Shown one piece after another: positions 56,366 to 64,000 of a stretch of DNA of 64,000 nt. This stretch comes from Verrucomicrobiia bacterium. Lineage in GTDB: Bacteria > Verrucomicrobiota > Verrucomicrobiia > Limisphaerales > JADLHS01. Every line of letters starts with the position of its first letter. Position 1 is the stretch's first letter. The notes beneath the pieces are model-generated. The model was not told the origin of the DNA. It worked only from the letters and a program-made list of their open reading frames with translations, and searched no databases. Both the position numbers and the translations under genes were made by a program. Location of the stretch: NCBI GenBank assembly GCA_011525685.1, contig WYBW01000089.1, forward strand, positions 2,697 through 66,696, read 5' to 3'.

Positions 56366-56385
56366 GCTGCCGAGATGTCGGCAGC
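56366..56385 (+). other. Perfect 8-bp hairpin in the gap between giants B and C
   Basis: GCTGCCGA gatg TCGGCAGC. There is no clear U-tract, so its role (terminator or RNA structure) is undetermined. Confidence 0.3.
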
Positions 56386-56717
56386 CTTGCAGCTTGACGG
56401 GACTTATTGAAGGATCACCGATCGCCCACTCCACGCTTTCGCCTGTGGGGATTTACCCGGATAAGCGCTCCGTATTCGTTCCCCGTGGCACGTACACACG
56501 GGCTGTTGAATACTAAGGTATTGGATTGTCGAACGAGCGATGTGAAGTGAGCCAGGGGGCTTTGGGGCATGGTGCGGCCCGGGTTGGCTGGGTGTACCTC
56601 AGCGATCCCGGTTGATTGGGGGTGCGTTCACTGTCGGGCCGGAATCTGGCATCCCAATCAGGTGCGCGAACAAAAAGACGAGGGGTGAGTCAGGGCTGGG
56701 AAGATGCAGGTTGCAAC

Positions 56718-59700
56718 ATGGAAAGAAAGAAATTGAAGCTTTTTGAATCTGGTTTTCGGGCGGTTTCCAACTGCGTGGTGCTCATGTGTGTGCTCCTGTG
56801 CGGTTTGGGTGAGAGCACTCATGCCCAGGCCCCGGCACCCCCGGGGTGGTTTTCGGGTGACATGCATGTGCATCGGAGCTGCGGCGATGAACCCGTCTCC
56901 GTTTCCACCATCACCAACGCCATGGTCGCCCAGAATCTTTCGGTGGTGTCTTTGCTCGCGGACATGGGCAATGGAGAAGTCTTGGACCCGGCGAGCGACT
57001 TGCCCAAGGTCAACGGACAGGACGCCCCGGAATCTCCTCCCGGACGAATTCTCCGTTGGGATGCCGAGTGGCATTGGGATCCCATTTATTTCAATTTTCC
57101 CCATCAGGCGTTGGGCGGCCATATCGTGGCCTTGGGCCTGACCAATGCCTACCAGCTTTGGAGCGAATCCACCTCCACCATTTTTGATTGGGCGCGAAAT
57201 CAAGGCGCGATCTCCGGTTTCGCCCACATGCAGTACTTGGGTGATGAGTTTCCGCAGACGCTCAATTGTTGCATCCCGATTGAGTATCCCGTCGAGGTGG
57301 CTTTGGGAACATGCGACTTTGTTTCCCAGGATGTGGCGGGCAGCGACAGCGCCATGCGCGCTTATTACCGTCTGCTCAATTGCGGTTTCCGTCCCGGATT
57401 GGCGGCTGGCTCGGATTATCCGTGCAATGCGCAGATCGGAGCGGTGCTGACATACGTGCAAGTTTCCGGCCCGCTGACCTATCGCAAATGGATTGACGGC
57501 GTTGCCGCCGGCCGAACAGTCGTTTCGCGCAACGGGAACAATGAGTTTCTGGATCTCAAAGTGAATGGCGACAAATCGCCCGGGGACGAGATTCAACTGG
57601 CGGAAGCGGGAACGGTTTCCGTCACGGTTCAGTGGCTGGCGAATCAGAATCTGTCGGGAACGATTGAGTTGTTGCAGAACGGGGTCGTGGTCGCCAGCCG
57701 CACGGCTTCCGTCACCGCCAGCACCCCACACACCTGGACCACCAATCTAACCTTTGCCAGAAGCGGTTGGCTCGCGGCGCGGAGGATCGGAGTGGGCGGG
57801 CATCAATCTCATACGGCAGCGGTCTTCGTCCTCGTCAACGGAGCCCCCGTCCGTGCCAGCGCGGCGGATGCGCTGTTCTATGTCAACTGGATGGACGAAC
57901 TTCTGGCGCGCACCGCCGAAGGCGCCGAGTGGGGTAATTACTACTCCACCAATCGCGCCCTGGCGCATTCGCGATACCAGGCCGCCCGGGCGGTCTTTCA
58001 GCAGATTGCGGTGGACGCCGGTTATCAGCCGCGGCCACCGGTGGCAATCGGCAATGGCGATGATGGATTTTCTTCGGACGAGATTTATGGCGGGGGCTCT
58101 TACATCAACGCAGCCCGCTTTCAGGCCGCGTCCAACATGACGGTGTCCGCCATTCAGGCCAAAGTCAGCGCCGTGTCCGGCAACTATAAGTGCGCCATCT
58201 ATGCCGACAACAGCGGTCAACCAGGCGGTTTTCTCCGTGGCACCGTTGAAGCCACAGTTGCGTCCGATCGCTGGCAATCCTTTCCTCTGACCGCTCCGCA
58301 GGCGCTCACCAGCGGCGCCTTCTATTGGCTCGCGATCTGGTCCGATGATCCCAACGCGCGGGTGTTTTACTCGGACAACAATGGCACGCTCCAGTGGGGA
58401 CAACACAACTACGGGACCTGGCCGGACCCGCTCACCACCAGTGGCGGCGGCTCGCATCAATACTGTATTTACGCCTCCACCTCGAGTGTCACGCTAACCA
58501 ATCTCTCCATCGCCCCCGCCAATCCCGCCATTTTGATCAACAGTAATCAATCGTTCGTGGCGACCGGCGCGTATTCCGATGGCAGCACGCTCAACCTGAC
58601 CTTGCAGGTGACCTGGGCCTCTTCCAATGCCGCCGTGGCCAGCATCAACGCCGCGGGGATTGCCACTGGCGTGGCGGTTGGAACCGCCACCATCTCGGCC
58701 ACGCTCGCCGGAGTCACCGCCAGCACCCTGCTCACCGTCACGGATGATCTGCCGGTGGCGGGTGATTATCGCTCCGCCGCCAACGGCAATTGGGGCAGCA
58801 CCAGCACTTGGCAGCGGTTCAATGGCTCCAGTTGGGTGGCGGCCGCAGCCATACCCACCAGCTCCACCGCTGGCGCGATTCGCATCCGCAGCGGCCACAA
58901 TGTCACCGTCGCGAGCACCGTAACCGTGGATCAGGTGATCGTATTGGCGGGCGGCCAGCTAACGGTTGGCGCCGCCACTTTGACGGTGGCCAACGGCGCG
59001 GGAACCGACCTCGAAGTCTTTGGGACTCTCGCCACCACCACCTCGACTTCTGCCACAATCTCCCTGAGCAGCGGCGCCACCGTGGCCTTCAACTCTGGCG
59101 CCACGTACCAGCACGCCCGGGATGGGGGGAGTATTCCGATCGCGACCTGGCATCCCAATTCCATGTGCTTGATCACCGGTGCAACAAGCAGCACCGCGCC
59201 GGCCAATTTGAGCCAGAACTTCGGTCACTTCACCTGGAACTGCGCCTCCCAAGGCAGCAGTTCGGTCATACTGCCGGTTTCGATGAATATCGCGGGCGAC
59301 TTCAGGGTTTTGAACACCGGCACCTCGGGTCGCTTGCTGGTGACTGACAGCATCGCAAACCGCTCGGTCAGTGCGGGGGGAAATTTCCTTCAGAGCGGTG
59401 GGACTTTCATCGTGGTGAGCAGTACCGGAACGGGTTCGCTGGGTGTCGGTGGCAACTTCACACTCAGCGGCGGCACGTTTGTCTTAAAAGAGGATACCGG
59501 AAACGCTTCGTTGAACGTTGCCGGCGATTTGAGCCAGACTGGGGGAACGTTCAACCTGCGGACCACCGCTTCGACGGGAACCGCCGCCGTGACGGTGAAT
59601 GGGAACTGCACCCTCGGTTCCGGCGCTTTCAATATGACCAGTTCCGGCGTGGCGGTTTTCAATGTCTTGGGGAACTTCTCCGTCACCTCCGGAGCCACGT

Positions 59701-62700
59701 TGAACATGTCCAGCAGCGGGACAAGTTCGCACATCGGCACCTTGAACGTTGCCGGCCACTTTTCCCACACGGGTGGAACCATCACGGAAACCGGTTCGGC
59801 GAGCGGCACGATCAGCTTCAACGGCACGGCCCCGCAGAATTACACCGGCGGCGGCACAATGGCCAATACCATCCACCTCAGCGTCAACACTGGCGCGACG
59901 CTGATGATGGGAACAAGCCTTGTGGGCAGTGGCAGCAGCGGCACGTTCACGCTGGCGTCCGGCGGCACGGTGGGCATCGGCCATGCCCAGGGTATTACCG
60001 TGTCCGGTACTTCCGGCAACATCCGGGTCACTGGAACGCGCACTTACAGCACGAGTGGCAACTACATCTATAATGGGACAGCGCCGCAGGTGACGGGCAA
60101 CGGATTGCCAACTGGTCTTACCGCCAGCGGCAGTCTCACCATTGCCAATCCCGCGGGCGTGGCGTTGAGCGCGAATCTCACCGGCGCCGGCCCCGTGACC
60201 GTCACGACAAACGGCTTGCTGGCCAGCACCAACGGATTCGCGGGCCCACTGACCCTCAATGGAACCGTAGCCCCCGGCGCGAGCGTTGGTTCTTTGAACA
60301 CCGGTGCGCAGACTTGGAACGGCGGCGCCACCTATGTCTGGGAATTGAACAACGCCACGGGCGCGGCCGGTTCGGGCTATGACCGGCTCAACGCGGGCGC
60401 CAACGCAATCACCATCGGCGCCTCCAGCGCGGAAAAGTTTACGTTGAAGCTCGTGACGCTGAACGGCGCGTCCCCAGGCCTGGCGGCCAATTTCAACCCG
60501 AATGGTGTTTACACTTGGACCATCGCCACGGGCGGCAGTCTCAACGGCTTTGCGGCGGAGAAGTTCGCCATTGACGCCTCGGCTTTCCAAAACGACATCG
60601 GCTCGGGTGTTTTTCGCGTGCAGCAATCCGGGGGCAATTTGCAGCTCACGTTCAGCCGGGATGTTCAAATCACCACGACCAGCCTTCCGATCGGGGAGGT
60701 GAATGCCGCCTACAGCGCGGGGTTGACGGCCACCGGCGGCCCCGCGCCTTTTACCTGGAGCTTGCTGTCGGGGACGTTGCCGCCCGGATTGACCCTCAAC
60801 AGCAGCGGGAGCATAACTGGGGCCCCGACGTCGGCTGGCATTTTCAATTTCACGGTCCAGGCGAGTGACGCTGGCAGTCCATCGGCTACAGCCTCCAGGT
60901 CGTTCAGCATTGCCGTCGCGCTTCCATCTCCAATCCTCGTGCTGACCAATGCCGCCAATCCATTCACGGCGTACTACTCCGAAATCCTGTTGACGGAGGG
61001 TTTGAATTCCTTCGCTCTGGCGGATATTTCCACCCTTTCGGCCGGAATGTTGGCGCAGCGTGAGGTGGTGATTTTGGGAGAACAGGCGTTGACTGAAGCG
61101 CAAGTGATCACCCTCAGCAACTGGGTGCATCAGGGAGGCAACCTCGTCGCTCTGCGGCCGGACAAGAAGCTGGCCGGCTTGCTTGGCTTGGTGGATGCCG
61201 CCGCCACTCTCTCCGAGGGGTATCTGCTCGTGAACACCGCAGCCGGGCCAGGCGCTGGTATCGTCGGCGAAACGATGCAGTTTCACGGCACGGCGGATCG
61301 CTACACGCTGGATGGCGCCTCCAGTTTGGCAACGCTTTACGCGAATGCTTCGACGCCAACAGCCAACCCCGCGGTGACGTTGCGCGACGTGGGACCGAAT
61401 GGCGGTCAGGCGGCGGCCTTCACCTACGATCTCGCCCGCTCCGTCGTTTACACCCGGCAGGGAAATCCGGCGTGGCAGGGACAGGAGCGGGACGGCTTTC
61501 CACCCTTGCGCTCCAGCGACCTGTTTTTCGGCAACGCAGTTGGCGATCCCCAGCCAGACTGGGTGGACTTCGACAAGATTGCCATCCCGCAGGCGGACGA
61601 ACAGCAGCGGTTGCTGGCCAATCTGATCCTCCAGATGAACGCCGACCGCCGGCTGATCCCACGGTTCTGGTACTTCCCGGATGGATACAAAGCCGCCATT
61701 GTGATGACGGGTGATGATCACGCCAGCAACGGGACGACAGGCCACTTCAACCAGTTTCTGGCCACCAGCGGCACCAACACCCTGGTGGACGAGTGGAAAA
61801 CGATTCGCAGCACCTCGTACATCTATCCCAACACGCCGCTCTCCGACGCGGCGGCGGCGGCCTATCATGCCGCCGGATTCGAAATCGGGCTGCACTGCAG
61901 CAGCGGCTGCGGCAATTACACGGCGAATGACTTGAACGGCTACTTCCAAACGCAATTGCAGCAACTCGCCCTCAACTTCCCCAGTCTCCCGCCCCCCCGA
62001 ACGCATCGCATGCACTGCATCGCTTGGAGTGGTTACACCATCCTGGCGGAGGTGGGTTTGCAACACGGCATCCGACTGGACACCAGCTACTACTACTGGC
62101 CGGCCGGTTGGGTGCAAAACCGGCCCGGTTTGTTCACCGGGTCGGGCATGGCCATGCGGTTTGCCACCGCGAATGGCAACCTGATTGATGTGTATCAAGC
62201 CGCCACCCAGATGACGGATGAATCCGGTCAGAGTTTTCCATATACCTCCGAGGTGTTGCTGGACCGCGCGCTGGGGCCGGAGGGCTATTACGGCTACTTT
62301 GTCGCCAACATGCATACTGACCCGGATTATCCTGGTCGCGAATCGCTGGCTTGGGCCAACAGCATCATTGCCTCGGCCTTGGACCGCGGCGTTCCTGTCA
62401 TAAGCGCGCAGCAACTGCTAACCTGGCTGGACGGACGGAACGGCTCCTCACTCCGTCCGATCTCCTCGACGCTCAACTCGGAGAGTTTCACGGTGACTAC
62501 CGCGGAAGGCGCCCGCGGGCTTCAGGTGATGGTGCCGGTGCGCTCGGGATACATGGTAACCGCCGTCAGACACAACGGTCTCCCGCTAACCTATTTGCCG
62601 AGATCGGTGAAGGGGATGTCTTATGCCGTCATCCCCGCCCGGAATGGCAGCTATGAAGTGGATTACGCCTTGGACACCATACCGCCGGCAGTGACTGCGG

Positions 62701-64000
62701 TGTCGCCCGCCTCGGGCGCGGTGGAGGTTGAGTTGAGCGCGACAGTGAAGGTGACCTTCAGCGAGCCTATGGCTCCGGCCAGCATCAGCACGGCCACAAT
62801 CATGTTGCGGGATCCCTCCAACAACCTCGTGCCGGCATCAGTTTCCTACAACGCCGACGCGTTGACCGCGACCTTGATACCGGTGGGTGCGCTGGCGCGC
62901 GGTCTGACTTACACGGTCGTGGTCAAAGGCGGCGTTGCGGGAGTCAAGGACCTCAATGGCCTCTCGATGGCATCGGATCACGAGTCTTCCTTTACCACGA
63001 CGGAGATGATTGCGGTTTCCATCTGGTCGGATTCCGACCTGCCTCAAATCCCGGCGGATTCCGATCCCAATGCCACAGAACTGGGATTGAAATTCCAGAG
63101 TGCCCTGGCAGGCTACATCACCGGCATCCGTTTTTATAAAGGCCCGGCCAATGTGGGCACTCACGTGGGCAGCCTCTGGACTTCGGACGGCACTCTGCTC
63201 GGTCGCGTCACCTTCACGGGCGAATCCGCTTCCGGCTGGCAGGAGCAGGCGTTGCCCACGCCGGTGCCCATCGCGGCCAACACCACCTACATCGTCTCCT
63301 ATCATGCCCCTTTCGGCAGATACTCCAAGACCGAGGGTTATTTTAACGGTACGGGCGTTACGAATTATCCCCTGCGTGCTTTGGCAGATGGCGTCAGTGG
63401 TCCGAACGGCCTTTATCGCTACAGCGCCGTCAGCGCCTTTCCCAATCAAACCTACAACGCCACTCATTATTGGGTGGATGTCATGTTCACCGAGGTCTTG
63501 GGGCCGGACATTTACCCGCCCCTGATTACGACCGTCAGCCCCGCGCCCGGCGGCATCGCCCCCGGCATTGGCTCCACGGTGAAGGTTGCCTTCAACGAAC
63601 CAATCAATCCTTCCACGATCAACGCGGGCACGATCACTCTCCGCAACGCGGCTGATGAACTCCTGTCTGCCGTGGTGTGGTATGATCCGGCCACCTTCAC
63701 GGCCACCTTGGTGCCCGACGCGCTGTTGAACCTCTCGGAAACCTACACCGCCACGGTCCAAGGCGGCCCCTCGGGCTTGGCGGACCTGATCGGCAACCCG
63801 CTGGCCGCCGACTACAGTTGGTCCTTCACCGTGGCCGAGACGATTCCGGGAGTGATCGGCAACACCAATGACGGCACGGCGACCGACCAACTTTGGTCGG
63901 ACGGCCCTTGGGTCAACACCTGCCGCTATGTGGCCGGTGAAAACTGGACCGTCACCAACATCGTCGCCAAGGTGAAGGCCGTGCCGGGCAATTACAAATG
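56718..64000 (+). CDS. Giant secreted protein C (partial, >2427 codons; paralog of giant B); not present in the supplied ORF track
   Basis: ATG 56718 gives MERKKLKLFESGFRAVSNCVVLMCVLLCGLGESTHAQAPAPPGWFSGDMHVHRSCG, collinear with the start of giant B. No other + strand ORF in this frame (position divisible by 3) is listed between 56718 and 64000, consistent with one frame open to the window end. Spot translations checked by eye:
- 57741: TNLTFARSGW;
- 58047: module X;
- about 58500: Big_2;
- about 58745: DYRSAANGNWGSTSTWQ beta-helix-like region;
- about 60660: He_PIG;
- about 61663: RFWYFPDGYKAAIVMTGDDHASNG;
- about 63010-63488: DUF4082, LGLKFQSALAGYITGIRFYK...HYWVDVMF;
- 63855: start of a further module X. 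Confidence 0.8.
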   Translation, partial: MERKKLKLFESGFRAVSNCVVLMCVLLCGLGESTHAQAPAPPGWFSGDMHVHRSCGDEPVSVSTITNAMVAQNLSVVSLLADMGNGEVLDPASDLPKVNGQDAPESPPGRILRWDAEWHWDPIYFNFPHQALGGHIVALGLTNAYQLWSESTSTIFDWARNQGAISGFAHMQYLGDEFPQTLNCCIPIEYPVEVALGTCDFVSQDVAGSDSAMRAYYRLLNCGFRPGLAAGSDYPCNAQIGAVLTYVQVSGPLTYRKWIDGVAAGRTVVSRNGNNEFLDLKVNGDKSPGDEIQLAEAGTVSVTVQWLANQNLSGTIELLQNGVVVASRTASVTASTPHTWTTNLTFARSGWLAARRIGVGGHQSHTAAVFVLVNGAPVRASAADALFYVNWMDELLARTAEGAEWGNYYSTNRALAHSRYQAARAVFQQIAVDAGYQPRPPVAIGNGDDGFSSDEIYGGGSYINAARFQAASNMTVSAIQAKVSAVSGNYKCAIYADNSGQPGGFLRGTVEATVASDRWQSFPLTAPQALTSGAFYWLAIWSDDPNARVFYSDNNGTLQWGQHNYGTWPDPLTTSGGGSHQYCIYASTSSVTLTNLSIAPANPAILINSNQSFVATGAYSDGSTLNLTLQVTWASSNAAVASINAAGIATGVAVGTATISATLAGVTASTLLTVTDDLPVAGDYRSAANGNWGSTSTWQRFNGSSWVAAAAIPTSSTAGAIRIRSGHNVTVASTVTVDQVIVLAGGQLTVGAATLTVANGAGTDLEVFGTLATTTSTSATISLSSGATVAFNSGATYQHARDGGSIPIATWHPNSMCLITGATSSTAPANLSQNFGHFTWNCASQGSSSVILPVSMNIAGDFRVLNTGTSGRLLVTDSIANRSVSAGGNFLQSGGTFIVVSSTGTGSLGVGGNFTLSGGTFVLKEDTGNASLNVAGDLSQTGGTFNLRTTASTGTAAVTVNGNCTLGSGAFNMTSSGVAVFNVLGNFSVTSGATLNMSSSGTSSHIGTLNVAGHFSHTGGTITETGSASGTISFNGTAPQNYTGGGTMANTIHLSVNTGATLMMGTSLVGSGSSGTFTLASGGTVGIGHAQGITVSGTSGNIRVTGTRTYSTSGNYIYNGTAPQVTGNGLPTGLTASGSLTIANPAGVALSANLTGAGPVTVTTNGLLASTNGFAGPLTLNGTVAPGASVGSLNTGAQTWNGGATYVWELNNATGAAGSGYDRLNAGANAITIGASSAEKFTLKLVTLNGASPGLAANFNPNGVYTWTIATGGSLNGFAAEKFAIDASAFQNDIGSGVFRVQQSGGNLQLTFSRDVQITTTSLPIGEVNAAYSAGLTATGGPAPFTWSLLSGTLPPGLTLNSSGSITGAPTSAGIFNFTVQASDAGSPSATASRSFSIAVALPSPILVLTNAANPFTAYYSEILLTEGLNSFALADISTLSAGMLAQREVVILGEQALTEAQVITLSNWVHQGGNLVALRPDKKLAGLLGLVDAAATLSEGYLLVNTAAGPGAGIVGETMQFHGTADRYTLDGASSLATLYANASTPTANPAVTLRDVGPNGGQAAAFTYDLARSVVYTRQGNPAWQGQERDGFPPLRSSDLFFGNAVGDPQPDWVDFDKIAIPQADEQQRLLANLILQMNADRRLIPRFWYFPDGYKAAIVMTGDDHASNGTTGHFNQFLATSGTNTLVDEWKTIRSTSYIYPNTPLSDAAAAAYHAAGFEIGLHCSSGCGNYTANDLNGYFQTQLQQLALNFPSLPPPRTHRMHCIAWSGYTILAEVGLQHGIRLDTSYYYWPAGWVQNRPGLFTGSGMAMRFATANGNLIDVYQAATQMTDESGQSFPYTSEVLLDRALGPEGYYGYFVANMHTDPDYPGRESLAWANSIIASALDRGVPVISAQQLLTWLDGRNGSSLRPISSTLNSESFTVTTAEGARGLQVMVPVRSGYMVTAVRHNGLPLTYLPRSVKGMSYAVIPARNGSYEVDYALDTIPPAVTAVSPASGAVEVELSATVKVTFSEPMAPASISTATIMLRDPSNNLVPASVSYNADALTATLIPVGALARGLTYTVVVKGGVAGVKDLNGLSMASDHESSFTTTEMIAVSIWSDSDLPQIPADSDPNATELGLKFQSALAGYITGIRFYKGPANVGTHVGSLWTSDGTLLGRVTFTGESASGWQEQALPTPVPIAANTTYIVSYHAPFGRYSKTEGYFNGTGVTNYPLRALADGVSGPNGLYRYSAVSAFPNQTYNATHYWVDVMFTEVLGPDIYPPLITTVSPAPGGIAPGIGSTVKVAFNEPINPSTINAGTITLRNAADELLSAVVWYDPATFTATLVPDALLNLSETYTATVQGGPSGLADLIGNPLAADYSWSFTVAETIPGVIGNTNDGTATDQLWSDGPWVNTCRYVAGENWTVTNIVAKVKAVPGNYK
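58047..58478 (+). repeat. Module X copy 4 (giant C, first copy)
   Basis: IGNGDDGFSSDEIYGGGSYINAARFQAASNMTVSAIQAKVSAVSGNYKCAIYADNSGQPGGFLRGTVEATVASDRWQSFPLTAPQALTSGAFYWLAIWSDDPNARVFYSDNNGTLQWGQHNYGTWPDPLTTSGGGSHQYCIYAS. Confidence 0.7.
63855..64000 (+). repeat. Module X copy 5 (giant C, truncated by the window end)
   Basis: IGNTNDGTATDQLWSDGPWVNTCRYVAGENWTVTNIVAKVKAVPGNYK... follows the same pattern as the other copies. Confidence 0.6.

Noticed and set aside
59484-62414. 976-aa ORF on the - strand, together with other long - strand ORFs: 2433..3947, 9684..10673, 14097..15968, 21626..23596, 25554..26567, 30132..31256, 36400..37608, 39473..40348, 43027..44088, 55151..56434, 56658..57731 and 62838..63890.
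   Set aside because: Each lies antisense to a + strand gene that has clear family motifs. Their translations are Arg/Gly/Pro/Ala-rich, low in complexity and without recognisable motifs. This is the typical shadow-ORF pattern of high-GC DNA.
1-64000. Scan for CRISPR arrays, tRNA/rRNA genes, transposases, integrases, toxin-antitoxin or known defence-system genes.
   Set aside because: No short direct-repeat/spacer periodicity, no cloverleaf-like segment in the gaps, and no ORF with DDE, tyrosine-recombinase, nuclease or helicase-type motifs was seen. The repeats present are protein-domain repeats and REP-like hairpins.

Overview
High-GC (roughly 60% by eye) bacterial window in which every gene I can support is on the + strand.

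**Positions 172-42320: surface-glycan assembly locus.** About 33 tightly packed genes, many with start/stop overlaps (TGATG or ATGA). It encodes:
- a Wzc/GumC-like co-polymerase;
- a Wzx flippase and a Wzy_C/O-antigen-ligase-like membrane protein;
- seven glycosyltransferases (GT2, GT4, GT9);
- two amino-sugar cassettes, each with an oxidoreductase or SDR, a DegT aminotransferase and a hexapeptide acetyltransferase;
- three asparagine-synthase (AsnB) paralogs, one lacking the catalytic N-terminal Cys;
- a FemAB/CelD-like transferase;
- deacetylase-like proteins;
- a translationally coupled cassette of two tandem adenylate-forming ligases, AsnB, a NadE-like PP-loop enzyme, an aldo-keto reductase, an acyl carrier protein and a hexapeptide acyltransferase.

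The same locus also holds a 1.2-kaa secreted beta-helix protein with three tandem Ig repeats.

**Positions 42985-64000: three consecutive giant secreted multidomain proteins** (1193 aa, 3115 aa and >2427 aa). The third is not in the supplied ORF track because it runs off the window. The two largest are paralogs. Each combines an N-terminal HxH metallohydrolase-like domain, Ig arrays (He_PIG, Big_2 and SbsA types), a beta-helix-like repeat region, a deacetylase-like core and DUF4082. A recurrent ~146-aa module that I cannot assign to a named family occurs five times across the three genes.

**Not found:** rRNA, tRNA, CRISPR array, transposase or integrase. The sizeable intergenic gaps carry GC-rich hairpin (REP-like) modules and two good intrinsic-terminator candidates.

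**Taxonomy (inference only):** Verrucomicrobiota/Planctomycetota-like.

**Limits:** all domain calls rest on motif recognition by eye. No searches or alignments were run.
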